Position numbers and translations under genes: made by a program
Assembly: GCA_016190485.1 (NCBI GenBank)
Contig: JACPQN010000018.1
Location: 12,060-76,059, forward strand
Source of the DNA: Chloroflexota bacterium
Lineage (GTDB): Bacteria > Chloroflexota > Dehalococcoidia > SHYD01
Reading direction: 5' to 3'
Length of the DNA: 64,000 nt
Shown here: piece after piece, positions 43,432 through 52,488 of the stretch
Layout: each line of letters begins with the position of its first letter
How positions within the stretch are numbered: the first letter of the stretch is position 1
The notes under the pieces: model-generated
Database searches by the model: none
Seen by the model: the letters and a program-made list of their open reading frames with translations, nothing else
Told to the model about the DNA's origin: nothing

Positions 43432-43725
43432 ATGGAGATTGACAAAGTCGGGTCCAACCTTGCGCACCAGTACGTCTCCCAGACCCAGGCCGCACAGCAG
43501 ATAGCCGCGGTCAAGGGCGAGGCGGCCCGGAAAAGCTCGGGCCAGGACCGGGTAGACCTCTCGCCCGAGGCCCTGTTGCTGCAGCACGCCCAGCAGGCGG
43601 CGCTGGATGCCCCCGACCTGCGGGCGGACCTGGTGGACCAGGTGCGGCAGCGTATCGCCACGGGGAGCTACCAGATCGACGCCGCCCGGATTGCGGACAG
43701 GCTGCTGGGCGGCGATCTGGCCTAG
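43432..43725 (+). CDS. flgM: anti-sigma-28 factor FlgM
   Basis: 97 aa, …DRVDLSPEA…VDQVRQRIATGSYQIDAARIADRLL… is a typical FlgM C-terminus. Confidence 0.85.
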   Translation: MEIDKVGSNLAHQYVSQTQAAQQIAAVKGEAARKSSGQDRVDLSPEALLLQHAQQAALDAPDLRADLVDQVRQRIATGSYQIDAARIADRLLGGDLA

Positions 43726-43747
43726 CCGAAGGTACCGGCAATCGAAG

Positions 43748-44182
43748 ATGGATCACACTCGCAGGGACCAGCCGGAACCGCCGCCGCTGGAGCAGCTCAT
43801 CCAGGGTGAGCTGGCTGCCCTGGTGGGCCTCCGCCGCCTGATTCAACGGCAACGGGAGGCCATCGCCGCCTTCCAGATGGAGAGCTACCTGGCGCTGCTG
43901 GATGAGGTGGAGGCGGCGATGGCCCGGCTCCAGCAGCTTGAGCGCCGACGACAGGAGATGGTAGCGGCGCTCACTCCCGAGGCAGCGACGATGCCCCCTC
44001 CTGCGACGCTGGTGGCCCAGGCGGTGGCCACCAGCCACGAAAACGCCGCCCTTGCGGGCCTGGTAAGCAGCCTCGTGGAGGTCACCGGCGCCGAGCAGGC
44101 CTTCCTGGACACCCTGGCGGGCAGGAACCAGTATGGACCCCGCCGCAGCCGCGGCGGGGCCGGCTCTGGGCCACGGGCCTGA
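43748..44182 (+). CDS. flgN: FlgN-like flagellar export chaperone
   Basis: Coiled-coil …LEQLIQGELAALVGLRRLIQRQREAIAAFQMESYLALLDEVEAAM…, positioned between flgM and flgK. Confidence 0.65.
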   Translation: MDHTRRDQPEPPPLEQLIQGELAALVGLRRLIQRQREAIAAFQMESYLALLDEVEAAMARLQQLERRRQEMVAALTPEAATMPPPATLVAQAVATSHENAALAGLVSSLVEVTGAEQAFLDTLAGRNQYGPRRSRGGAGSGPRA

Positions 44183-44200
44183 GGCGCTGAGGTTCCCGCG

Positions 44201-45922
44201 ATGAGCCTGCGTGGCCTCGACATCGCCATGCGGTCAATGGCCGCCCAGCAGCAGGCCATAGACGTCCTGAACCATAACATCGCCAACGCCAACACCCCCG
44301 GCTTCAGCCGGCAGCGCATCGAGTTCGTCACCGCGCCCGCCTATCTCATCCCTTCACTCAACCAGTCGCTCGCGGCCCGCCAGGCGGGGAGCGGCGTCAA
44401 CGTCGGCTCCATCAACCGCATCCGCGATCTCTTCATCGACGCCCAGGTGCGCATCGAAAGCCGCAACCTGGCCGAGGCGCAGGTCCGCCAGCAGACCTTC
44501 GACAAGTTGCAGATCATCTTCCGGGAGCCCTCTGAGAATGGGTTCACCAGCGCGCTGAGCAAGTTCTGGGGCGCCTGGCACGATCTGAGCGCCAATCCAG
44601 GCGACCAGGCGACCCGCGCCGCGGTGCTCCAGCAGGGGCTGGGCGTGGCGGCGCTGCTGAACCACGGCTACGCCCAACTGGACGCCGAGCGGAGTCAGGT
44701 GGCGACCTTTGCCGCTTTGAAGGCGCAGGAGGCCAACGCTATCACCGCCAAACTGGCAGACCTGAACGTGCAGATTCAGCGGGCACAGCTCACCGGCGCC
44801 AAGCCCAATGATCTGCTGGACCGGCGAGACCTGCTGCTGGATCAGCTCTCACAAATCCTTCAGGTGAAGGTGGTGACCAACCAGGACGAGAGCGTGACCC
44901 TCTACGCCGGCGGCCAGGCCCTGCTGGACGGCAGTGTAGCCCGCACCCTGGGCTCCTCTCTGGATCCCACCGCTCAGCTCCACGTGACCTGGGCCGAGAA
45001 CGGAGCCGATCTGAATCCGGGCGGTGGCCAGCTCCAGGCGGCCCGCGCGACGGTGAACACCCTCATCGCGGGCCGGATGAGCGCGCTGGACGGCCTCGCC
45101 ATCCAGCTCCGGGACGACGTGAACGCCTTGCACACCACCGGGTTCACCATCACGGGCGCAACCGGCGGCGACTTCTTTGTCGGCACGGGCGCCCGAGACC
45201 TGGCCGTGGCCGCGGGGGTGAAGGCCGACCTGCGGGCCATCGCGGCCGCGGGGCAGCCGGGCGCGCTGGGCGATGGCCTGGTGGCCCTGGCCATCGCCCA
45301 GCTGGCCCACGGCGCCGCCAGGGTGAGCCCGGGCAGCGAGCTGAAGGACGGCACGGCGCTGCCCCTTTCGGGCGCCAGCGTCCAGCGGATCGTCGTGCAC
45401 GGGGCCAACCCGGGCACTGCTTACCAGATCACCTCTTCCAGCCCCGGCAGCCTAACCTTGTCGGCCACCATCAGTGGCGCCACGGTCTCGCAGACCACCA
45501 CGGTGGCCGACCTTGTCCCTTCCCAGAACCAGACCCTGGACTTCAGCAGCCTCGGCGTTACCATCGTGCTGCGCAGCGGCGCTGCGGCTACCGCGGCCAG
45601 CATCGTGGCCGACCTGACCGACCCCGGCCGAGACCAGATCCTTGTGGCCACCCGCACGCCGGTGGAGGAGGGCTACCAGCAGGTGGTGGTGCAACTGGGC
45701 ATCGACGCACGAGGCAACGATGACGATGTGCGCAACCAGGAAGCGCTCCTGAACAACCTGGAGCAGCAACGGACCTCCATTTCCGGGGTCTCTCTGGACG
45801 AGGAGTCGGCCAACCTCATCAAGCACCTGCGGGCCTACCAGGCCTCCGCTCGGCTGATCACCGTTATGGACGAGATGTTGGAGACGCTGGTGCGGGGCAC
45901 CGGAATAACGGGGAGGTTCTAG
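44201..45922 (+). CDS. flgK: flagellar hook-associated protein 1 FlgK
   Basis: …QQQAIDVLNHNIANANTPGFSRQ…, C-terminal …SISGVSLDEESANLIKHLRAYQASARLITVMDEML…. Confidence 0.9.
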   Translation: MSLRGLDIAMRSMAAQQQAIDVLNHNIANANTPGFSRQRIEFVTAPAYLIPSLNQSLAARQAGSGVNVGSINRIRDLFIDAQVRIESRNLAEAQVRQQTFDKLQIIFREPSENGFTSALSKFWGAWHDLSANPGDQATRAAVLQQGLGVAALLNHGYAQLDAERSQVATFAALKAQEANAITAKLADLNVQIQRAQLTGAKPNDLLDRRDLLLDQLSQILQVKVVTNQDESVTLYAGGQALLDGSVARTLGSSLDPTAQLHVTWAENGADLNPGGGQLQAARATVNTLIAGRMSALDGLAIQLRDDVNALHTTGFTITGATGGDFFVGTGARDLAVAAGVKADLRAIAAAGQPGALGDGLVALAIAQLAHGAARVSPGSELKDGTALPLSGASVQRIVVHGANPGTAYQITSSSPGSLTLSATISGATVSQTTTVADLVPSQNQTLDFSSLGVTIVLRSGAAATAASIVADLTDPGRDQILVATRTPVEEGYQQVVVQLGIDARGNDDDVRNQEALLNNLEQQRTSISGVSLDEESANLIKHLRAYQASARLITVMDEMLETLVRGTGITGRF

Positions 45923-45926
45923 GACT

Positions 45927-46808
45927 ATGCGGGTCACGCAGGGCATGGTGCTGGACCGCCTGCTGGCGAACCTGAGCTTTAATCAGCGGCGGCTCCAGGA
46001 GACCAACAGCGCCATCACCTCGGGGAAGCGGGTACAGCGTCCTGCCGACGATCCCATCGCCGTGGCCCAGTCGCTGGGCCTGGCGGGCGACCTGCGCCAG
46101 GTCGACCAGTACCGCAGGAACATCGTAACCATCCGGGGCTGGCTTCAGGCCACCGAGGAAGCCCTGGGCCACGTGACCGACCTGATCCAGCGCGCGCGCG
46201 AGCTGGCCATCACTGGCGCCAACGAGACCCTTTCCCAGACCCAGCGGTCCAACATCGCCGCCGAAGTGCAGCAGCTCTTTCAGCGCGGCATAGACCTGGG
46301 CAACACCACCCACAGCGGTAGATACATCTTTGCCGGGTTCCAGGTGGCCACGCCGCCCTACCAGGCATCCGGCAACCCTGAGGGGTTCGTGTACCTGGGC
46401 GACGGTGGCAAGCTCCAGCAGGAGTTCGAGACCAACCGGACGGTGCCTATCAACGTGCCGGGGGGCGCGGTATTTCCGTCGGCCCTGGCCGCCCTGCGCG
46501 AGCTGCTGGACGGCCTGAACATCTCCAACCCCGGGCAGATTCGGTCGAGCATCGGCGCCCTGGACGCAGCGGTTGATGCCGTCCTGGCCACCCGCGCCGA
46601 GGTGGGCGCGCGGCAAGAGCGCGTCAGCGCCGCTGACGAGGGCCTCCAGGACGCCCGGGTGACCCTGCAGAAAGAGCTGTCCTCCGCGGTGGACGTGGAC
46701 CTGGCCCAGGCCCTGGTGGAGTTCAACGCCCAGCAGAACGTCTACCAGGCCTCCCTCAAAGCCAGCACCCTCGCCATTCAACCCTCACTCCTGGATTTCT
46801 TCCGCTAG
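45927..46808 (+). CDS. flgL: flagellar hook-associated protein 3 FlgL
   Basis: Flagellin-like N-terminus …SGKRVQRPADDPIAVAQSL… and C-terminus …VDVDLAQALVEFNAQQNVYQASLKA…. Confidence 0.88.
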   Translation: MRVTQGMVLDRLLANLSFNQRRLQETNSAITSGKRVQRPADDPIAVAQSLGLAGDLRQVDQYRRNIVTIRGWLQATEEALGHVTDLIQRARELAITGANETLSQTQRSNIAAEVQQLFQRGIDLGNTTHSGRYIFAGFQVATPPYQASGNPEGFVYLGDGGKLQQEFETNRTVPINVPGGAVFPSALAALRELLDGLNISNPGQIRSSIGALDAAVDAVLATRAEVGARQERVSAADEGLQDARVTLQKELSSAVDVDLAQALVEFNAQQNVYQASLKASTLAIQPSLLDFFR

Positions 46809-46817
46809 GAGACGCCT

Positions 46818-47288
46818 ATGGCGCTGATGCATCCCGACCCACAAGAGGCCTACCCACCTTCCTATGAAGGGCCTCGTACCACGGTGACCTTTGCCGACGG
46901 GCTGGTGGGCGCCCCGGATTGGAGGAACTTTGTTCTGGACATGGCCCAGGAGCACTATCCCATCGGCGTCCTTGAGTGCCTGGATGCCCCCGACGTGCGG
47001 TTTCTGGTGGTGGACCCCTGGCAGCTCTGGCCGGACTACCAGGCGCCGCTGGACGCCGAGACGCTCCAGCAGGTGGGCGCCGCGGAGGTGGCGGACCTCC
47101 TGGTGCTGACCACCCTCCGGGTGGCCGTAGACGGATCCCAGCTCACGGTCAATCTCCTGGGCCCCCTGGTGGTGCACCGCGCCACGGGCGCGGCCATCCA
47201 GATTGTGCTCTACGACTCCGGTTACGGCACTCAGCACCAGTTGCCCCTGCCCCAGCGGGCCCGCCTTCAGGCGGCCCTGAAACAGTGA
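46818..47288 (+). CDS. fliW: flagellar assembly factor FliW
   Basis: …VTFADGLVGAPDWRNFVL…FLVVDPW…LTVNLLGPLVVHRATGAAIQIVL…. Confidence 0.9.
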   Translation: MALMHPDPQEAYPPSYEGPRTTVTFADGLVGAPDWRNFVLDMAQEHYPIGVLECLDAPDVRFLVVDPWQLWPDYQAPLDAETLQQVGAAEVADLLVLTTLRVAVDGSQLTVNLLGPLVVHRATGAAIQIVLYDSGYGTQHQLPLPQRARLQAALKQ

Positions 47289-47297
47289 GGGGGAGCC

Positions 47298-47537
47298 ATG
47301 CTGGTGTTGACCCGCAAGTCCGGCCAGAAACTGCTCCTGGGGCCAGACATCACCCTGGTAGTGCTGGAGGTGAACGGTGACCGGGTGAAGGTGGGCGTGG
47401 AGGCTCCCAGGAGCATCAAGGTAATGCGCCCCGAGGTGCTCCAGGAGCTGGCCGAAGAGAACCGGCTGGCGGCCCAGGCCCCGCCCGAGCTGCGGCTGCT
47501 CCTGGGCGGGCTGGAGGAGCCGCCCGTCATCGCCTGA
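47298..47537 (+). CDS. csrA: carbon storage regulator CsrA (flagellar type)
   Basis: MLVLTRKSGQKLLLGPDITLVVLEVNGDRVKVGVEAPRSIKVMRPEV…. Confidence 0.92.
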   Translation: MLVLTRKSGQKLLLGPDITLVVLEVNGDRVKVGVEAPRSIKVMRPEVLQELAEENRLAAQAPPELRLLLGGLEEPPVIA

Positions 47538-47606
47538 CCCCCTACCCCGAATAGCCCCCGCTCACCGCTGGCACGGCAGCAGTCCCTGCCAATCCACCCC
47601 CTGTGT

Positions 47607-47631
47607 GGGGCGGGGCCTTGTGGCCCGCCAG
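47607..47631. repeat. GGCGGGGCC-ttgt-GGCCCGCC hairpin repeat, copy 1
   Basis: Same element as 47757-47783, and as 20736-20763 in inverted orientation. Outer CCACCC/GGGTGG arms extend the stem. Confidence 0.6.
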
Positions 47632-47684
47632 AGGGTGGGAGACAGCCCCCCCTTACAGGATTCCAGCCCCCATCTCGAGAGTCC

Positions 47685-47711
47685 CGACGCGGCCGGTGGA
47701 CGGCCGCGTCG
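47685..47711. other. perfect 11-bp stem-loop CGACGCGGCCG-gtgga-CGGCCGCGTCG
   Basis: Perfect inverted repeat 150 nt downstream of csrA. No T-tract, so it is not scored as a canonical terminator. Confidence 0.5.
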
Positions 47712-47756
47712 GCGCATGCCAGCCCGCACTACCTCCAGCGATGCGCCACCCTGCAT

Positions 47757-47783
47757 AGGGCGGGCCCTTGTGGCCCGCCAGGG
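47757..47783. repeat. GGCGGGCC-cttgt-GGCCCGCC hairpin repeat, copy 2
   Basis: Perfect 8-bp stem; shares a ~20-nt core with copy 1. Confidence 0.6.
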
Positions 47784-47832
47784 CTTCCCTTCCGCCTGAG
47801 GGTTGTGAAGGGCTGTAACTCCTCACATCCTG

Positions 47833-47841
47833 GCCGATAGT
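47833..47841 (+). promoter_or_regulatory. sigma-28-type -10 box GCCGATAGT upstream of fliC
   Basis: 165 nt upstream of the fliC ATG; TAAC lies 13 nt upstream. Confidence 0.5.
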
Positions 47842-47956
47842 GGCTTAGTGAAGTACTTCATCGCCTGGCGCCACAGGCAGACCCGGCGGGGCAGACCGGG
47901 GGCGCGGTTCCTGCTCACAACTGAATAGCGCCGGGGTGCTCACTCCGGCAAGAGGG

Positions 47957-47975
47957 CTGCGCAAGGAGTGCGCGG
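47957..47975 (+). promoter_or_regulatory. candidate CsrA binding site 1: AGGA in a hairpin loop (fliC leader)
   Basis: Stem CTGCGC / GCGCGG with loop AAGGAGT. The only other GGA in the leader is in the SD GGGAGG (47991-47996), 9 nt before the ATG. Confidence 0.45.
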
Positions 47976-48005
47976 CCGTACCTACAGCATGGGAGGCGAC
48001 GAGCA

Positions 48006-49211
48006 ATGAGCTCCACGGTCATCAACACCAACGTCAGCGCCCTGATCGCCCAGCGCAACCTGGCGGCCAGCGGCGTAATGCTGTCCAAGTCGACAGAGCG
48101 ACTCTCCAGCGGCCTGCGCATCAACCGGGCCGGAGATGACGCCGCAGGCCTGGCCATTAGCGAGAAGTTGGAGGCCCAGATCCGGGGCACCCGCCAGGCT
48201 TCTCGCAATGGCCAGGACGGCATCTCCATGATCCAGACGGCTGAAGGCGCCCTCATTGAGGTGCACAGCATGCTCCAGCGGATGCGGGAGCTGTCGGTCC
48301 AGGCCTCCAACGGCACCCTGAGCGCCACCGACCGCTCCTCCATCAACACCGAGGTGCAGGCCCTCAAGACGGAGATCGACGCCATCTCCACCCGCACCAA
48401 GTTCAACGGACAGAACCTCCTCACCGGCGCCCTGGCCACCAGTGTGGACGCCACGTCGGAGCTGAAGGACAACACCGCCCTGGCGGTGGTGCTTGCTGAC
48501 CTGTTCACCGTCAGCACCGTGGAGGTCACCGCTGCCGCGGCGGGCACCACCTACACGCTGTCTGCCGGCACCGGCGCCAACCAGTTGACCATGACGGCCA
48601 CGGTGGGTGGCAGCGTCGTCGCCCAGACCCTGACCCTGGCCGACATGACCGGGGCCAACGCGAGCCAGCTCCTCAATTGGGACAAGCTGGGCGTCAAGGT
48701 CACGGTGGTCACCGGCGCGGCCAACGCCAACAACACCGCGGTGAACCTGCGGAGCTCCTTCGTGGCCGCGGCCAACGACACGGTGATCACGGCCGCGGGC
48801 AGCTCCTCCGCCACCTACCAGATCGGCGCGGACAACGGCCAGACTATGACGGTGGCCTTCGCCCAGGTGGACACCACCGCCATGAGCTTGACAACGTCGT
48901 TGACCAACTTCAACGCGTCCCAGAGCGTGGCCAACGCCCAGGCCCTCATCAGCGCCGTGGACACGGCCATCGACTACGTGAACAGCAAGCGCGGCTCCCT
49001 GGGTGCTTCCCAGAACCGGCTGGAGCACACCATCGCCAACCTGGCTGTCACCGCCGACAACCTGGCCGCTTCCCAGTCCCTAATCCGGGATGTGGACATG
49101 GCCGCGGAGATGGTGCAGTACACCAAGACGCAGATCCTGCAGCAGGCGGGCATGGCCATCCTGTCGCAGGCCAACTCTGCGCCCCAGTCAGTCCTGTCCC
49201 TGCTCCGGTAG
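48006..49211 (+). CDS. fliC: flagellin
   Basis: …INTNVSALIAQRNLAASGVMLSKSTERLSSGLRINRAGDDAAGLAISEKL…, C-terminal …RDVDMAAEMVQYTKTQILQQAGMAILSQANSAPQSVLSLLR. Confidence 0.93.
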   Translation: MSSTVINTNVSALIAQRNLAASGVMLSKSTERLSSGLRINRAGDDAAGLAISEKLEAQIRGTRQASRNGQDGISMIQTAEGALIEVHSMLQRMRELSVQASNGTLSATDRSSINTEVQALKTEIDAISTRTKFNGQNLLTGALATSVDATSELKDNTALAVVLADLFTVSTVEVTAAAAGTTYTLSAGTGANQLTMTATVGGSVVAQTLTLADMTGANASQLLNWDKLGVKVTVVTGAANANNTAVNLRSSFVAAANDTVITAAGSSSATYQIGADNGQTMTVAFAQVDTTAMSLTTSLTNFNASQSVANAQALISAVDTAIDYVNSKRGSLGASQNRLEHTIANLAVTADNLAASQSLIRDVDMAAEMVQYTKTQILQQAGMAILSQANSAPQSVLSLLR

Positions 49212-49232
49212 TCCTCAGCCCGTCCTGAGGGA

Positions 49233-49269
49233 GCAAGAGACCCTTCCGGAGAAGGGTCTCTTGCTTTCT
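49233..49269 (+). terminator. intrinsic terminator of fliC
   Basis: Perfect 13-bp stem GCAAGAGACCCTT / AAGGGTCTCTTGC, 6-nt loop, followed by TTTCT. Confidence 0.75.
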
Positions 49270-49287
49270 CCGATGTTGCCGACTCTG

Positions 49288-49296
49288 GCCGATAGT
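49288..49296 (+). promoter_or_regulatory. sigma-28-type -10 box GCCGATAGT upstream of the fliD unit
   Basis: Immediately after the fliC terminator and 61 nt upstream of the ORF at 49357. Confidence 0.45.
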
Positions 49297-49356
49297 CCCT
49301 TATAGGAGGCGGGTTCTTCCTAGGGTGGCTAGCGGCCGCGCCGGCAGGGGGAAGCC

Positions 49357-49695
49357 ATGAATCTACAGCCATTGAGTCCCACGGACAGTTTAACCCCCAT
49401 TACAGACAGCCGAATGCGACGTGAGCGGGGCAAGGCGCCCTTCTCGCGGCAGGGGCATCCGGATGCTCGCCAGACCCGGCCCGGCGCCAGCGCTGAGGTG
49501 GCCGCGGAGGCGACGGCGTCTTCCCCACCTCCGCGGCCCGCCTCCACGGCGCGGACAGCCCCCGCTGCCCCACTCGAACGCCGCCAGCCGGCGACCGAGG
49601 CGCCCGCTGTGGAGACCCGACAGCAACGGCTCCGCTCGGCGCTCCAGATGTACCGCCAGATAGATGCGGCAACTTCCCATCAGGAAGAAGGATAG
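49357..49695 (+). CDS. hypothetical Pro/Ala/Arg-rich protein in the flaG position
   Basis: GGGGGAAG SD plus ATG. The sequence looks disordered, with a short helical C-terminus (QQRLRSALQMYRQIDA), and does not resemble FlaG. All frames are open here, so coding status is uncertain. Confidence 0.35.
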   Translation: MNLQPLSPTDSLTPITDSRMRRERGKAPFSRQGHPDARQTRPGASAEVAAEATASSPPPRPASTARTAPAAPLERRQPATEAPAVETRQQRLRSALQMYRQIDAATSHQEEG

Positions 49696-49701
49696 CCCCT
49701 C

Positions 49702-52050
49702 ATGTCCGGACTCCAAATCGACGGCCTCGCCTCCGGGCTGCAGACGGGAGCCATCATTGACCGGCTCATCGAGCTAGAGCGGCAGCCCGTGGTCCGCCTC
49801 AACGTCAAGGCCACGGTGCTGGACCAGAAAAAGAAGGCCTACCTTGAGGTGCAGGGTAAGTTCAACATCCTCCAGGCCCGGGTCAGCGATCTGCTGAAGG
49901 CCACGACCCTGAATAAGAAATCCGCGCTGGTCACCAAGGCCGATGGCACTGCCAGCAGCGCCGTCACCGTGCAGGCCGGCGCCGAGTCCGCCAACGGGAG
50001 CTTCAGCGTCACCGTGAGCCAGTTGGCCACGGCCACCCGGGTCACCAGCGCCAGCACCATAGGCCAGGGGATCAGCGCCGCCACGGTGCTCCAGAACGCC
50101 GGCCTCATCGTGCCCTTGTCGGTCAAGAACTCCACGGCCACCAGCGGCACCTTCACCATCAACGGGACGTCCCTCACGGTGGACTCCGCTACCGAGTCGC
50201 TCAACGACATCGTGGCCAAGATCAACGCCCAGGTGGCCGGCGTCACGGCCACCATCACCAACGCCGACGGCACGGCCAACCCCGCAGGCAACTACCTCAA
50301 GCTCAGCTCGGCCTCCTCCATGTCCGTGGGATCAGGCGCAGATACCAGCAACGTTCTGGGCGCCGTGAACCTGCTGGCAGCGCAGCCCAAGGGGGCCACC
50401 GTCACCGGTGGCCTCGTGAGCACCGGCGCGCTGGCGGCCTCGGAGATCCACCTGGATGGCGTCATCATCGCCACCCGGGCCACGGCCGCGAGCAACACCG
50501 CCGCGCAGAACGCCGCTTCTCTGGCGGCGGATATCAATGGCTCCGCCAGCGCCACCGTCGTTGCCACGGCCAACGCCAACGGCACCCTGACGCTGGTGTC
50601 CAAGACCAGGGGCGCCGGCAGCTCCATCAACATCACCCAGGCTGCTGCAGCCACGGGGCTCAGCGTGGGCGCCACCACCCAGGCCACCGACGAGCGCATC
50701 AGCTCGGCAGGCATCGGCGGCGCCCAGGTGAGCGCGGTGCTCTCCGGCGCACGCCTGGCCACGGCCATCTCCGGGTTGGACGTCAACGGCAACGGCGAGT
50801 TCAAGCTCAACGGTGTCTCCATCACCTTCAACCAGAACGAGTCCATCAACGCCATCATCACCCGCATCAACGCTTCCGGCGCCGGCGTGCTGGCGGTGTA
50901 CGACGCCACCCAGGATAAGCTGCTCCTGACCTCCAAGAGCACCGGCTCCACCACCATCCAGCAGCAGGACGTAACAGGCAACTTCCTGGCGGCCATGGGC
51001 GTCCTCTCGGCTTCCCAGAGCCTGGGACAGAACGCGGTGTTCAGCGTGAGCACGGTAAACGGCGGCGCATCCCAGTCCAGCTCCGGCAACGTGGTACGGG
51101 GCTTCATCCCGGGCGTGGAGCTGACGCTGAACCAGGTCAGCTCGGCGCCGGTCACGGTCTCCATCGCCCAGGACACCGCGGGCACGGCCCAGGCCGTCAA
51201 GGACTTCGTTGACGTGTACAACGCCACCATGGCGTTCCTCCGGCAGAAGGTCAAGGTGGACGCCACCGGAAAGGACCCGGGCGTCCTGAGCGCGGACAGC
51301 TCGCTGCGGACCCTGGAGGCGAGCATCCGGCGTTACCTGGTGACGCCGGCGACAGGCTTGTCGGGCAAGTACCTGAGCCTGAGCGACGTGGGGCTAACCT
51401 TCGGGGCGGTGGGCACCGCCGTAGGCGCCGCCAAAGACCTGGTGCTGGACTCCAGCAAACTCACCACGGCCCTGAACGAGAGCCCCCAGGAGGTCCAGGC
51501 GCTCCTGGCGGGCTTCCAGAGCACGGCAACGCTCCAGGGCGGCGGCACCGGCAGCGTGGCCAGCGTCACCGGCGCCCCCTCCACCCACCACCAGCCGGGA
51601 AGCTACCTGGTGACCACTACGACCAGCGGCAGCATCTCCGCCATCTTCACCCCCACGGGAGGCGTGGCGGGCCCGGAGAAGTTCGGAGGCACCCTGGTGG
51701 CTGGCGGCACCGACAGCGCCGTGATCCCCGGTATGGTCGCCACGGCCACCAACCCCCTGACCAACGGCACCAACACCATCACCGTGGCCGTGCAGCAGAA
51801 GGGGGTCCTGGTGGACCTGGGTGATTTCCTGAAGACCACGGTGGCGACCGACGGGCTGCTGAGCAGCCGCCAGGACGCCGCTACCAAAGAGATCCTCGGC
51901 ATCAACGAGAGCATCCGGCGCGCGGAGAGCCGCCTGGACCAGCGGCGGCTGCGGCTGGAGGCGCAGTACGCGCAGTTGGAGAGCCTGATCTCTCAGATGA
52001 ACACGCAGCAGCAGTCTCTTCAGAGCCTGCTAGCGCAGATGGCGCGCTAA
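49702..52050 (+). CDS. fliD: flagellar filament cap protein FliD (long, 782 aa)
   Basis: N-terminal …GLQIDGLASGLQTGAIIDRLIELERQP…, C-terminal …RLEAQYAQLESLISQMNTQQQSLQSLL…. Confidence 0.88.
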   Translation: MSGLQIDGLASGLQTGAIIDRLIELERQPVVRLNVKATVLDQKKKAYLEVQGKFNILQARVSDLLKATTLNKKSALVTKADGTASSAVTVQAGAESANGSFSVTVSQLATATRVTSASTIGQGISAATVLQNAGLIVPLSVKNSTATSGTFTINGTSLTVDSATESLNDIVAKINAQVAGVTATITNADGTANPAGNYLKLSSASSMSVGSGADTSNVLGAVNLLAAQPKGATVTGGLVSTGALAASEIHLDGVIIATRATAASNTAAQNAASLAADINGSASATVVATANANGTLTLVSKTRGAGSSINITQAAAATGLSVGATTQATDERISSAGIGGAQVSAVLSGARLATAISGLDVNGNGEFKLNGVSITFNQNESINAIITRINASGAGVLAVYDATQDKLLLTSKSTGSTTIQQQDVTGNFLAAMGVLSASQSLGQNAVFSVSTVNGGASQSSSGNVVRGFIPGVELTLNQVSSAPVTVSIAQDTAGTAQAVKDFVDVYNATMAFLRQKVKVDATGKDPGVLSADSSLRTLEASIRRYLVTPATGLSGKYLSLSDVGLTFGAVGTAVGAAKDLVLDSSKLTTALNESPQEVQALLAGFQSTATLQGGGTGSVASVTGAPSTHHQPGSYLVTTTTSGSISAIFTPTGGVAGPEKFGGTLVAGGTDSAVIPGMVATATNPLTNGTNTITVAVQQKGVLVDLGDFLKTTVATDGLLSSRQDAATKEILGINESIRRAESRLDQRRLRLEAQYAQLESLISQMNTQQQSLQSLLAQMAR

Positions 52051-52083
52051 GTCTTATCCAAAGGGAGCAGAGACAGAGCAACG

Positions 52084-52488
52084 ATGAAGCAAGCCTTAGG
52101 CCTCTACCAAGAGGTGCACACACGGACAGCCAATCCGGCAGAACTGGTGGTCATGCTGTACGAGGGGGCCGTCCGCTTTCTACGGCAGGCCCTCATTGGC
52201 ATGGAAGACGGAGACATCGAGAAAGTCCACAACAGCCTGGTGCGCGCTCAGCGGATCATTGAGGAGTTGGAGATGGCGGTAGACCCGCGCCACGGCCCCA
52301 TTGGCGACTCCCTCACTGCGCTCTATCGCTTCATGCTCTCGGAGCTGGAGCTGGCCAACGTACGGAAGGAACGGGCGCGGGTGCAGCCGGTGGTGGAGCT
52401 CCTGGAGGAGTTGCTGGGCGCCTGGCGCGAAGCCGGACGCCACGCGCCGGTGGCTACCGCCGCGGCGTCGCCGGCGCCGCGGGGATGA
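52084..52488 (+). CDS. fliS: flagellin chaperone FliS
   Basis: …YQEVHTRTANPAELVVMLYEGAVRFLRQA…LVRAQRIIEEL…. Confidence 0.9.
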   Translation: MKQALGLYQEVHTRTANPAELVVMLYEGAVRFLRQALIGMEDGDIEKVHNSLVRAQRIIEELEMAVDPRHGPIGDSLTALYRFMLSELELANVRKERARVQPVVELLEELLGAWREAGRHAPVATAAASPAPRG

